Assembly (NCBI GenBank): GCA_964016885.1
Contig: OZ024743.1
Coordinates: forward strand, 248,992,001 to 249,056,000
Reading direction: 5' to 3'
Source: Eledone cirrhosa
Lineage: Eukaryota
Length of the DNA stretch: 64,000 nucleotides
The translations under genes and the position numbers were made by a program. This document shows positions 13,173 to 26,057 of the stretch, piece by piece. Under the pieces are notes generated by a model, which worked only from the letters and a program-made list of their open reading frames with translations, had not been told where the DNA came from and did no database searches. Each line of letters opens with the position of its first letter. Position 1 is the first letter of the stretch.

Positions 13173-15328
13173 GGGCTTTATACATCTACCATTGGACAGT
13201 CAGACAGTAGTAAAAGACCTAAGGTGAGATAGAACCCATGGCTATGCATTATTTCAAAATCTGATTTAAACCCTTTGATAACAAACCAGCCAAAACTGTC
13301 CTTGATTCTATGATACAGAGCTGTTCATTTTAAACCCTTCCATCATAATTTTATGTAAGAACTTTTGTTAAGCTATGTTCCAAACATCAGTTAATAATGA
13401 GAAAGTTAGTTATATCACTAAATTACCAAATTCTTTGATTTTCAAAATTATTTGAAAATCACAGGCAGTATATTTCATTAGAAATATGATAACAAATGGG
13501 TTAGTTATAATACAAAATTACCAAACTCTTTATGATTTTCCAAATTATCTGAAAATCATAGAAGTATGGTAACAAATGGTGAAGGAAAAAAAAAAGAAGA
13601 AAAGTAACATGTGGAATATTGAAAAGTATTTACCTTTGAAATTAAGTACAGCATTAACTGGAGCACTACTGGCAACTGCACCATCAACAAGCTGAGGATA
13701 TTTTAATCTAAACCAAGCAGACAAGGCACCTAGAGTGGAAGAAATGTAAGAAATACATCAATAAACAATGAGCCCTTAACTCATGATGGAGTGGTAGGGG
13801 TGACATCATGTCACATGGCATGTTTTGGGAATTTTAAACCTGGCAGCCCCCATCCCTGTCAGGTCTGAACAGCCAATTTCTTCCAGAGAAAGAAAGACAG
13901 AAAATATTGACCCAGTATTGAAGTACTACTTTATTTATTGATCTTCAAAGGATCAAAAGAAAAGTTAACTTCAGTGGGATATGAACACAGAGAGTTGAGA
14001 CAAATACCAAGGTATTTTTAATCCAATGACCTAACGACTCTCCCAATTATACATGAACAAACAATACATAAACAAATATACAATAAATACTATGGTATAG
14101 TATAAGCTAAACCTATATATTTAACCAACAGTGCATGTATATACTAATTAAGATTACTTAGAAACATTGGACAATCATAGTGTTTAACTGCTTATACAAC
14201 CTCACTGTGGACACTGCTCACTGTGGCACCAGCTCGTGTTCAAGCACTGGGATCATTATCCTCTCTCTTTATTCCTTTTCCCTCCCCCAGTGGCAAACAT
14301 GACTGTGGTGGCCCAGTCTACTCCTGAAGAGTTGTGAGCAGGAGTCACAGGAGGGTGTTGGTGGTGGATGTGGTTGGGCAAGTCGGGCCTTCCTTGCAGC
14401 ATGTCGCAGATCTTCATGTCGATGGTTGGATTCAAGTCTCGGTCCCCTCCCAGATGTTCCTATGCCAGGAAGGCCAATTCACAGCAACAGTTACCCATAT
14501 CTCAGGGTTGATGTTGGCTTGCGTCAGGGATGTCTTTAACTGATCTTTAAAGCATTGTTTTGGGTCTCCTCCCACTAGTAGGTTCTCCAAACAGGATGAT
14601 GCGAGGGAGTTGGGTGAAGTGCATTCTGGACATGCGGTTGCTCAACTATTAAAAATAGTAGGTAGTCTTCCTCAATCTTATGACGAATAAGAGTTAAATA
14701 TTTTCTCATATTTGCACCTATATAACAGTTTCTAAAAAGATCTAAAAAAAATAAAGATGGTATTTACCAGGATAGGAACCACCAAAAGATATCCATTTAT
14801 TCTTTGTAAAACCAAATTGTATAGAAATATTCCGTCGGAAATATGCCAAGTCAGCCAGTGCTTGCATGCTACTTAAATATTTAAGGTTTTCAGTACTCAT
14901 ATCTCTAGAATATGTAAACAGAATATATTTATTATTTACCACAAATTTGATTAATTTGCAATAATATGTCATCATATAATTTAATACATTAGTCTTTAAC
15001 CCTTTTAATGCCAAATTACCTGAAACTGCAATTAGTTTTATGATGTTATTCTGTATATTTCAAAGTGTTTTTATTTATCTAAAACCATTCCATCATAATT
15101 TTATGTAAAAATCTTTAGCCTTTTTGATAGTAAACTGCCTCTGGTTCTATGATACAAAGTTGTTTATTTTAAGGCATTTATATATAAAAACCTTTATAAT
15201 TTTATGTAAGATCCTTTGTTAAATTAGGCTCTAAACACCAGCTTAATGATGAGAAAGTTAGTTATATTACTAAATCCCTCCAAATTCTTGATTAATTTCA
15301 AAATCATAAGTGGTTACCATTATAAATA

Positions 15329-15367
<39 letters not shown>

Positions 15368-18300
15368 TAAGCTATGTTCAAAACTTAAAAATGAGAAAAG
15401 TATTTTACAAAATATGTCTAAATTCTTTATTTTCAAAGTTATTTAAAGATTATAGATAGCATATTGCATTAGAAATATGGTAACAAAAGGATAAAAATCT
15501 CAAAATTATTCCTTACTGTCGTAATGAAAAATATCCCAAAGTATTCCTTTTATCAATCTGTTGTTTGATATGCCTATTACAATGCACCTTCCTCATGAGA
15601 GTTGCCATCATCATACTATGAATGATTTCAATGTTGGCATTAGTTGAACAGATTGTTATGGTATGAGTCAGTTCTTATTTTGAGTTACTGTTTTCCTAGA
15701 CTGGCCAAATGACTGCATCTCATTCATGCATTCCAGGTTTTGGCATGGTTTCTATGGCTAGATGCCTTTCCTAACACTAACCTCTTAACTGAGTTTATTG
15801 GGTGCATTTTATTGTGGCACCAGTACTAGAAAGTTTGTCATATCCTTAACAGAACTAAAGAACTTTCTCTACTATATATGCTTTCTGTTCAATTATCAAC
15901 CTAATTACAGAGTTTACTGGGTGCATTTTAACATGGTACCAATACTAGAGAATTTATCTTGCCCCTACAGAGCAAGAGAGTGCCTCTCCACTCTACATTG
16001 TTTTCAATGAAGATCAACAAATAGTAACAATCTGAAATTTTAAATGATCTGTTGGTAATGACCACCTTTTATTACATTTACGTAGCAAATCAGAATACTT
16101 CCTCTGTACCCAGCCCATATAAAGCTGGTTATATATGCCCAGTTCAGATGTGAAATATAGACCCACATAACTGGTAATAGGCCAGGCCAAATATGCAATG
16201 TAAGCTCCGTTTCAAACTGCTCATTAGTTATTTTAGTAATCAGTGCTAAATATATATGATTTATGTATAGGTTACACATATACATGATATATAGTAACAG
16301 AAGAGAATAAGAGAACTAGAACTTGAGATGTGTAGGCCCTTTCAAAATCTTAAACCTGCACCAACAGGCCCACTGGCCTCATCTCATGTCTGGCCAGATT
16401 GTATGCTTATGAGATTCTATATATTATTTATTATAACATTTTAACTCATGATAACTTGAAAACATTGGGTTTTTTTACTGGTAATGAAATTATACTTTCA
16501 TCTCCTAAAAATAAATTGCTTCAAAGGATGAACGGTTCTTGTTTACTGTTTTAGTCATGGAGGAAAGGGTAGACTTCATAACTATTTCCAGAGCTTCTGT
16601 GACAGGTGGAAAGAGAGGAGGGCCCAGTCACTCAAGCGCCAGATGGTGGTGATAAACCAAACAATGGATTGAGTTTATTACCCAAATAGGTCATAGTGGA
16701 ATCTGAACTCAGGACACTAAGAACAAATACTGCAAAGCATCTAATCTAATGCTCTAACAAATCTGCCAATCTACTGCCCTAATTGCAATAAACATAGTTT
16801 TGTTAAATAAAATGAAACTATGTTATCTTTTTATCCCTGTATCTAAATGCTGTGTTTATTCAACTTCAAGACCCAATGTTCTTAAATCAGATCTAACTAG
16901 TACTACATCTATTAGCCTTCCAAGATTACATCTATCACAAGTACTTCCTCAATAAGAGCTTCAATATACACATAAATCATATTCCCATGGATTTTTCCAT
17001 TGTAAGGAAATCCTAATTGACTTAGTCACTACATTTATTAAAAAAATTTGAATCACATCTGCAAATTCATCCAAATTATTCCAACACAATCTTTACATGA
17101 GAGTTTATATATTTCTATCTATCTAGATAAATTCCTAATGAAATAAAGTAATTGCATATTCATTATGACTAAGCATAAATGACATATATTGATATATATG
17201 TACACACACACACGCGCACATATATATATACACACACACGCACATATATATATACACACATACGGATATATATACACACATACGGATATATATACACACA
17301 TACGCATATATATACACACATACGCACATATATACACACATACGCACATATATACACACATACACACATATATACACACATACACATATATATACACACA
17401 TACACATATATATACACACATACACATATATATACACACATACACATATATATACACACATACACATATATATACACACATACACATATATATACACACA
17501 TACACATATATATACACACATACACATATATATACACACATACACATATACACACACCCACACATATACACACACCCACACATATACACACACACATATA
17601 TACACACACACACACATATATACACACATATACACACATACATATATACACACATATATACACACATATATACACACATACACATATATATACACACACA
17701 CATATATATACACACACACATATATATACACACACATATATATACACATACACATATACACACACATACACATATACACACACATATATACACACACATA
17801 TATATACACACACATACATACACACACATACATACACACACATACACATATATATACACACACATACATACACACACATACACATATATATACACACACA
17901 TACATACACACACATATATATATATACACATACACATATATATATATACACATACACATATATATATACACACACATACATATATATATACACATACATA
18001 TATCATTACACACATACATATATATATACACACATACACATATATATATATATACACACATACACATATATATATATATACACACATACACATATATATA
18101 TATATACACACATACACATGTATATGGTCTCTTTCTTCTGATACATTTTTGCCAATAGCTGTCACCGTTTCAACAGCTCTTCTAGCAATGATTTTGTTTT
18201 CATTTTTCTATGAATATAGAGTTTGATTGGTCGTGAGTTTGATTTCTGACAGTGTGTTGAGTCCTTGAGCAAGGCACTTTATTTCACCTTGCTCCAGTCC

Positions 18301-21300
18301 ACTCAACTGGCAAAAATGAGTTGTACCTGTAATTCAAAGAGCCAGCCTTATTATACTTGTATGACAATCTCCTTGAAAACAATGTGGAATACTCAACTAC
18401 TTGTATGTTAATTTCACGAATATGCTTTTCAGTTGTTCGAATATTCATCATTGGAACCAACAAAAGTCCAACCAGAACAATATATGTATCTATAAATTGC
18501 GGATAAGAAGCTATTTTATTTATCTATTGTTTCTTCATAAGTATATTTTAAACTTATAGCTTTGTTTAAATGATTTTTTGTGTGGTTGATTTATGCCGAC
18601 TGGGAGAAGAAATACTGTATATATTTTATCTAATGATTCTATGGACTTACTTTATATATATATATATATATCATAATAATTGTTTTTGTCTGAGGTTTGG
18701 AAGCTTTTAGTTATTCTCTGGTAACACATAGTAATGACAATCAAAATGAGTGAAACTAGATAAATAATATGAATGCATGGGTTGGATGGCTTGTCACAAT
18801 CCCAAACCAGATGGATCGAAGTGACAGTCTTGCTCATTACATTCCATATTTGGCATGGTTTTAAAGCCGGATGCCCTTCCTAACATCAACCACCTGACAG
18901 GGTGTACTGGGTGTGTTTTTCATGACACCAGTACTAATACTTTACAGGGTGTACTGGGTGCATTTTATCATGGTAGTAGCACTAAAGAGGTTGTTATATG
19001 CTAGGCCTAACTGAAGAGTCCTCTCAAAACTTATATTTCTATTCAATTGCTAAAGAATGTAGGCTTTGGTCTCTCAATACAATTACTTTTAGTGTCACAA
19101 TGCTTGTACTGAAGACACAGTAAGGCAGTTATAGTTAGGAAGAGCAAAAAATGGAATGTATCTTAGTGAGATGTGGCTCCCAAACTGTATAATAGTTCCG
19201 ATTAAATACTGACTTAGTCCGTAATGCCTCATCCAAACCATACCACCATGGAAAAATAGGAATATGACAATGATGAGAGTGAAGACAGATAGGAGAAACT
19301 AACAACTCATAAGAGTGGCAAGAAATATAAACTATAATCTATTATTGAGTTAATATACAGAGTGTGTGAAAAGAAACGCCCTATTTACACACACATATGT
19401 GTGTGTATGTGTATAAATAGGGCGTTTCTTTTCACACACCCTGTATACTTTCTATATAGTTAAACAGTGTTGTTTCGGTTAGATATCTTCTTAATGTACT
19501 TTAACCCTTTTGATACCAAACTGCCCCTGCCCCCAACTGTTAGATGATACAAAAGTGTTTGTTTTTAAGTTTTTTTTATATTTATCTAAAAACCTTCCAT
19601 CATAATTATATATAAAAACCTTTGTTAAGTTATGCTCCAAAGATCAGCTTAATAATGAAACATTTAGTTATATTATAAATTATTTTCAAAATTATTTAAA
19701 AAACATAGGCTATATCTTTCATTAAAATTATGTTAATGAAAGGGTTAAATAGTTTATATTTATCTAAAAACCATCCTTCATTATTTTATGTTAGAATTTT
19801 AAGTTATATTCCAAATACTAGCTAAATAATGAAAAAGCTAGCTACAAAACTAAATCCCTTCAAATTGCTGATTATTTTCAAAATAGACAGTATCTTTCAT
19901 TAGAAATATGATAATGAAAGGATTAAGTAAATCATCATCATCATCATCTTCGTTTAACGTCCATTTTCCACGCTAGCATGGGTTAGATGGGGGTTGTCCC
20001 AATTTGAGTCAAGGTTGGTCAGGTGGCCATGTCTCGCTCATATAGGACTATCTGGCAGGTTTTCTACGGCTGGATGCCCTTCCTAACACCAACCACATTT
20101 ACAGTGTGGAACTGGGAACTTTTTACTGTGTTACCTACACGGCCACATTACAGCGTGGACTGTGTGTTTTTTGTCGTGACACCTACACAATCTCGATCTC
20201 ATTTATTTGGACTGGATGTTGTGGTACCAACTTTACAGAGAGAGGGTGGTGTTGGTGGGAGTGGGAGGATAGGGTTGGGATAGTGGATTGTGGGTATATT
20301 TGGTTAAGAGGTGCCTACTGACTGTAGATTTCGCTTTGTACATAGGCAAGGCGGGTCTTCTGTATTACTGCGTAGCGCCAAAGATCTTGGTCCAGTGACA
20401 TTGTCTGAGAGAGGTGCAAGTGTGTAAGGTCGGAATTTATTAGATCGTCCCAGGTTTTTCTGGGTCTACCTACTCCCGTAACTTCCAATAATTTTGATTG
20501 CTCTGCACTTTTTTATACAGCTGTCATCTTTCATGCGCATTACGTGACCATACCAACATAGTCTTCTCTCAAGTAAACAGCAACTGATCCCTCTTATTCC
20601 TAATTTCTCACTTAGTTCATTTATGCTTTGCCGTTCACGTATATTACTATTACACATCCAACGAAGCATGCAGGCTTCGTTCCTTTCCAGTCTGCGCAGG
20701 TCCTCTGCACGTAATGCCCATGTCTCACTGCCATGTAGCATTGCTGTTCGTATACAAGCATCATACAATCTGCCTTTCATTTTTAAATAAAGAATCAAAA
20801 GAACTAAAATTTATAAAGCTGAAGATCTGACAACTTACTCAGTTGGATGACTTTTCCCATAAAAACGATGTTCCACTTGGATACAGAAGGCATTGTACTT
20901 CTTAGCATTATGGATCCAATCTCCTGTTTTCATCCATATTGGGTCAATCTTGCCTTCTCCACCAATCATGAGAAATATTGGACCACCAGGTTTGTAGAAA
21001 GATCTGTTTATAAAATATCGCTAGAGAAAAATAAGTAATCAATGTAAGCAAGCAAATATCTAAAAAATACCATATATAATCCTGTATAAGTTGCACTAGC
21101 AGATAAGTCACACCCCCATTTTAAATACAAGTATGCACAATATGTATAGGTACACCATATCCCCACATGTAATAAGAAGGAACTAAAAGGGTTGGTGTCA
21201 GGAAGGGTATCTGGTTATAAAACATTGCCCTAAAATGTCCCATCCAACCTATGTCAATAATGGAAAAGTAGATGTAAAAATGATTATATATTTATACACA

Positions 21301-24300
21301 CTCATATATATATAATATATATATCCACTCTTTGTCTATCTGATTTGTTACATCCCAATATGCACTGGAATGAACAGTATTAACCTTAATGCACCAAAAT
21401 TGTAGTGATTTCCAGAGATTGATTGAGAAGATGGGACTGTCTATTTTCTGTTGTTTTTCCATTGTCTTTGATGATATATCATCATCATCATCATTTAACG
21501 TCCATTTTCCATGCTAGCATGGGTTAGACGAGTTGCTTGTTATGAGACAAGTCAGGTCTGATGACCATGACTTGCTCATGCAGGACTGGTTTGGGCTTGG
21601 TTTTTACATCTGGATGCCCTTCCTAACTCAAACCACATTTACCGTGTGTGCTGGGTGCTTTTTGTCATGACACTTACACGACCACTTTAGTGTGGGCAGG
21701 GCATTTGTCACCTACTTGACCACTATACAGTGTAGGCTGGAGACTTGAGGGGGATTGGGGAGGTATATCTAGGGGCATGTAAGAGGGGCAGAATATTCAG
21801 GCATGGGCAGTGCACGAGTAGGATGTTGCTACTTACTGCACCTGTACAACGACCACATACAAAACCTGCATTCTTTGCTAGCCTACCCGAGATCCCACTA
21901 CATCTCTTGTGTACCCACAGTTTGCACTTAGGACATGGGATGGAGTTTTTACCTACTCCTTTCCTTCACACTGAGCAAGACCATTTCTGTTATGTATAGA
22001 AAAGTCACAATGTTGTAACTTGTCCAGGGAATCTGGGCCCTGTTATCCTTTCAACATACTATATCTTTGATCTTTGCCAAGTTGACTTTAAAACCTTTAG
22101 ATTCTAGGCCTTGCTTCCAGGTTTGGAATTTCTGCTCTAGTTCAGTCACAAGGATTAGATCATTGGCATACAGAAGCTCAATTCTTCACTACAGTTAATT
22201 CTAACTTTGTTGACTGTTCCTCTATACATGGCTTGTACTGCCTTCACAAGCCACTCATCTACTTCAGTCAAAAGCTTTCTCCAGGTCCACTAGTATGGTC
22301 ACATATTTTACCATGACTGCTTGTTTAAAACCACAATTGAAGGCGGGCAAGGAAGAAACAAAGAAAATCCTAGTCTGACAACATCGAGGACTGGACAAGT
22401 TACAACATTGCAACCTTTCTATACATAACAGAAGATAGAGACCAATGGGAACAGCTCTACTGCGAAACATCTAGTGGTACCCCAACGACTTGTACCAGTT
22501 GTGGGAACATGATCAATCTATTCGTTCATGCTACATGTGTTTCAAAAGCACATTATTCCAACAACATAGGCATAACATTACTTCTAGAACATTGTTATTT
22601 TTCTCTGCATGAATTATTGTCTCATTCAAACCTCCTGTTACCTTTTTATTTGGTTTTATCAAAAATTTTACATTTTGTAAAAACGTTTTTGTAAACTACA
22701 TGCTTTAAACAGATTCTGCAGATACACACGCAATAATTACAGTACAAGTTGTTTATTCACAGTTGTATAAAAAGAAATATAATAAAACAATGCTTACAGA
22801 ACGAAAGCAGAAACAAATTACGTGTATGTCAAAACCGTGTATAATGACACAAAAATATAAAATCATGAAGAAAAATGATAAAGGAAAGAAAGGAAAAAGA
22901 AACAAAACAAAAACAAGGGGGGGGGGGGGGGGGGGGGGGCTCACCACCAAGTGCGACAATCGGCAACACCTCACACCTTGGGGTTAATTGTACACTTTTC
23001 GGCAAGCCAACACTCGCAGCATTACCACGGGTGATGGCGAGGCTAAGGCGCTGAAATAACCAGGCACCCTCACAGGCATCACCTGACAATTCAGTAAGGC
23101 GAGCTGCCAGTGAAGACAAGAACTTCGCTGTCAGCGGGGCAAATCCACCGAACGTCTCAAACGCCACAGGCTGGAAAAAATAATTGTTTGATAAGTCCTG
23201 GTTTTTCCGAATTTTATTTCGTTCGCCAACGGAAGGAGTGACCGCTGCGTCCATGATGTGGGAGGGGGAAAAAGAGTCACTGACTGTGACGTCCCAGATA
23301 AGAGACCTACCTCTTACCCAGGGACAAAAGGTGAGACTGTATGGTCTTTTACCATCACTTCTGGATAAACCAGCCGGCTCCAGAACTGTGGGGATATTAA
23401 CCCGAGCCACGGCCCGTTTGATGATCAGGTTTAGGGCGGTGTTACGAGCACAACGACCAGCATTCAGGCAGCAGGACAAACCATGTAAACATTTGGAGTC
23501 GAGAGATCTACCACAGCAGCATTCAGACGTCGGCTCCCACACGAAGTGCAATGGAGATACGGAGTTCGTCCTGACTGAGGAGGCCACCAATGTTGGCCAC
23601 AGGCAGGGCATCAATCCAGTCCCCCGAGAACTTTGCGCTAGCAGAAAGTAAGCGGCACCTAGAAAATTCATCGGAATTTCATTTCATATCCTTCAGAAAA
23701 AAAAAAGCCTATACAACTAGAAATTATTTGTTGAAATAAAAATGTCCTTAATATATTTTTGTGATTATTGAATGCACATTACTTTAAAAGTATTTTCTTC
23801 GAATTTAATAGCCCAGCTATTGTGGTTGATCAAGCAGACTTATGATCTAAAGCATTCCAACCGCGATTTTCGCTAAGTGCAGGAACCCCAGGACCACATT
23901 ATCCAGTGTTCTTTTTCCGGTGTTTGTGTGTTTTGAGGAAGATAACGGCTATTTCTAACAGGCTCAGCGACTAAGTACAGGAGTGTCCCACAGAGTGGGC
24001 TTCCGCCTCCTTAAGAACGCTAGAAAGTAAAAGAGTAAAGGGATAAAAAAAATACAAATACTCAATGGAAAATGTCCCAATTATATTGAGTGCCGTTATT
24101 ATGGACCGTTTGGCAAAAAATAAATGAAAGAGAGAGATTGACTGCTACAAATAGTCGATTTAACGATGTTGCTTCCGCGTGCGGAAAATTTAGCCCTATC
24201 ACTTCAAATCCCTAATTCACATTAATAAATCAAATAATTTCAGATACATTTATAGTTGTGGTTATACAAAACTTAAATGGAAACAAAATATATTACACTT

Positions 24301-26000
24301 TCATATTCAATGTCTCATTTTAAACGATCCTCACGAAATATCTGTGAGGGTGCCTGGTGACATCAAATCGTTCCCGGTAATGATGCCAGCCTATTGGCTC
24401 ACTTGCTGATAAATTGATGTATTTATGATGTATTTATTTTCTTGCTTTGATCATATAGTTTTGTGCATTTCATTTATAAGGTGCCTAACAAATTATGTGT
24501 TTATCACTATCATAAATAAATAAATCATTATATGTGTTTATATTTTATTATTTGTGTCTATATTTTCATTCTATATTATATTCATAGAAAATTAATAAAG
24601 ATTCTCCAAAAGGGTATGGTAGACTAATGTTTGGGGAAACACCAACGTAGAGATTCACATCTTTCCTAAATTACAACCTCCCCAAATTCGAGAAGTTATT
24701 TGTTTAGCACCAAGTCAGTCCTGACTGTGACTAAATCAGTCAAACTTAGATCACAAACATTCAAGTCATGACCATCACGTCTTATTTTTTTAAATAATAT
24801 ACTCTAGATTAATGCTTTATTATGAAATTAACCAATGTGTCTGGCTGCTATTTCTAGCACATTAAGAAACTATGTAAACGTAGAGGCTCCAGAAAGTATC
24901 TATTGTTTATACGCTCGACAAATAGGATTTAAGCTTAACCTTTGAAATTGTATCTAATTATACGTTCTTGTTTTTGTTGTGTGTGTACTTTTTTAAAATC
25001 TATTATACTCATTGAAAACTGCTCTTTAGCCTGCTGTCGTTCTTACAACACACACAATTTCGCTTTCTTGTAATATGATAAAGACAGGTCAATTTATAGT
25101 TGTTTAACCCAAGTTCGGCTTAGTCAGGGCCATTACGTTTTAGTGGTACCTAGGAATATATTATCGAATATGACGTTCTCTTTTTCAAGACACTAATGTG
25201 TAATTTGGCTGTTACCTTTAGCAGAGCGAGCGACGACATTATGGGCTCCCTCTAGATAACGGAAAGTATTCACTAACGAGGAAATGACAAGATATATAAA
25301 GCATGAATCGAAAGTAGACTGAAATTTGCAGAAAGTTTAGCATTATTCGCTCAATAATGAGCGCGATACTCTCACAGAACACTTTCTTTTACAACATAAA
25401 TTGGTGGCTCTGCGAAGAAATTTTATATCAGGGATTCATAGTATAATAGTGGCAGTAAAAGGAATAAAATTCTAAATTATGTGATGTTCAAGACGTTTGT
25501 GGGAGGTGGGTCGCTGACAACGAGGTTCTTGTCATTGGCGGTGTCTCGCCCTATCGACAAATTATGTGATACCCACGAGGGTGCTTGGTTATTCCAGTGT
25601 CTTAGCCTAGCTAGCAATGCTGACTCTGAAATTATTCGAGGGAAACTCCAATACCCCGTGTTGTTATGTGTGGTTGAGTGTGCGGATATTCTCCCATTAA
25701 AAAAAAAAAAAAAAAAATTGTGTTTATTTGTATGCATAATTATATGAAATATATATAATACTAGTTTAGTACCTGTTTCCAAGTTCTGGTATCCGAGGGA
25801 GCAAAGTGGTCGAGTCTCTGATCGAACCATAATTCATTATCGACAGGATCTTGAATATTATGAAATTGTCTGTGAAATATAAATCCATTTAAAAATCCCC
25901 CGGTTGGTCGGCCACGTATAATCTTGGGTATATAAGCACTACATAATTGGTTTCCAACATGCAGCAGCAATATAGATACGAACAGTGTTCGCGGATTCAT
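6670..26000 (-). CDS. Peptidase S28 family serine carboxypeptidase (PRSS16/K12H4.7-like), 10 exons, 503 aa
   Basis: complement(join(6670..6779,7238..7446,8645..8738,8844..9045,10142..10256,12316..12454,13634..13729,14768..14904,20839..21020,25773..26000)) = 1512 nt. All introns are GT-AG with consistent phases. It has a signal peptide, [25 protein letters not shown], catalytic Ser [23 protein letters not shown], Asp NGSIDPW and His GTAHCANM. Confidence 0.93.
7238..7446 (-). CDS. S28 protease exon 9 ([24 protein letters not shown], catalytic Asp)
   Basis: Acceptor ttctcag, donor gtaagt; 209 nt. Confidence 0.92.
8135..8610 (+). mobile_element. RTE-clade LINE 3' fragment (degenerate)
   Basis: Reads [33 protein letters not shown] with stops; ends in gaagaagaa. 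Confidence 0.75.
8645..8738 (-). CDS. S28 protease exon 8 ([18 protein letters not shown])
   Basis: Acceptor tactag, donor gtaagt; 94 nt. Confidence 0.92.
8844..9045 (-). CDS. S28 protease exon 7 ([24 protein letters not shown])
   Basis: Acceptor ttttag, donor gtgtgt; 202 nt. Confidence 0.88.
10142..10256 (-). CDS. S28 protease exon 6 ([28 protein letters not shown])
   Basis: Acceptor ttccag, donor gtaagt; 115 nt. Confidence 0.9.
10505..10915 (+). mobile_element. RTE-clade LINE 3' fragment, same family as 8135-8610
   Basis: Shares ccaacccttacct..catgaatctt, caggaaagaatcgctggacagatttta and ccctctcaggaataagt. Confidence 0.75.
11036..11877 (+). mobile_element. 5'-truncated RTE-type element (RT C-terminus, 3' UTR, (GAT)n tail), copy A
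   Basis: [22 protein letters not shown], then the common tail ggttggtgttaggaagggcatccagcc..gacgttaaacgatgat. Confidence 0.85.
12316..12454 (-). CDS. S28 protease exon 5 ([15 protein letters not shown])
   Basis: Acceptor cttcag, donor gtaaaa; 139 nt. Confidence 0.9.
13081..13169. repeat. (TA)n-(CA)n microsatellite
   Basis: Seen directly. Confidence 0.95.
13634..13729 (-). CDS. S28 protease exon 4 ([24 protein letters not shown])
   Basis: Acceptor ctctag, donor gtaaat; 96 nt. Confidence 0.92.
14200..14645 (-). mobile_element. RTE/BovB-like LINE 3' fragment
   Basis: Minus strand reads [44 protein letters not shown]. Confidence 0.6.
14768..14904 (-). CDS. S28 protease exon 3 ([26 protein letters not shown], catalytic Ser)
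   Basis: Acceptor ttctag, donor gtaaat; 137 nt. Confidence 0.92.
17183..18124. repeat. ~940-bp compound (CA/TA) microsatellite with ~20-bp higher-order units
   Basis: Units such as tatacacacatacacatata; source of the spurious Y/T/H/I and C/V/Y/M ORFs. Confidence 0.97.
19354..19447. mobile_element. Minimal Tc1/mariner-type MITE (TIR-only fold-back)
   Basis: TA-CAGaGTGTGTGAAAAGAAACGCCCTATTTA...TAAATAGGGCGTTTCTTTTCACACACCCTG-TA with a short CA/TG spacer. Confidence 0.65.
19501..19747. mobile_element. TTAA-flanked piggyBac-type MITE, family 2 (many partial copies, e.g. ~4800, 13266, 14996, 38850, 41880-42431)
   Basis: TTAACCCTTT...AAAGGGTTAA termini; shared internal cagcttaataatga(a/g)aaagtta. 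Confidence 0.7.
19932..20786 (-). mobile_element. 5'-truncated RTE-type element, copy B (inverted relative to copy A)
   Basis: [36 protein letters not shown] plus the same 3' tail. Confidence 0.85.
20839..21020 (-). CDS. S28 protease exon 2 ([34 protein letters not shown])
   Basis: Acceptor ttctctag, donor gtaagt; 182 nt; not in the ORF track. Confidence 0.92.
21478..22293 (-). mobile_element. Degenerate RTE-type element fragments plus tail
   Basis: [15 protein letters not shown] and [10 protein letters not shown] on the minus strand; same (CAT)n tail. Confidence 0.7.
22941..23676 (-). mobile_element. CRE-like non-LTR retrotransposon 3' portion (zinc knuckle plus restriction-like endonuclease), copy 1
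   Basis: [35 protein letters not shown](Y)..[38 protein letters not shown]; the catalytic PD is changed to PY. Confidence 0.8.
25485..25617 (+). mobile_element. CRE-like element short fragment, copy 3 (opposite orientation)
   Basis: [36 protein letters not shown]. Confidence 0.7.
25773..26000 (-). CDS. S28 protease exon 1 (signal peptide to [13 protein letters not shown])
   Basis: ATG at 26000; donor CAG|gtacta; 228 nt, phase 0. Confidence 0.9.
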
Positions 26001-26057
26001 GTTTGGTTAATGATGACAAAAGCACGAGTTATTTGAAATAAATGCAAAACATTCCGA

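Noticed and set aside
17119-18226. Five long ORFs of 276-348 aa
   Set aside because: Translations of a CA/TA microsatellite that cannot contain stops; not genes.
22917-22939. Poly-G run as a functional G-quadruplex or poly-Pro/Gly coding segment
   Set aside because: Simple homopolymer at a TE end; similar runs occur at ~4284, 6973, 7861 and 32133.
23184-23651. 155-aa + strand ORF; also 534-818, 50411-51022 and 32301-32561
   Set aside because: Antisense shadows of real coding or TE frames.
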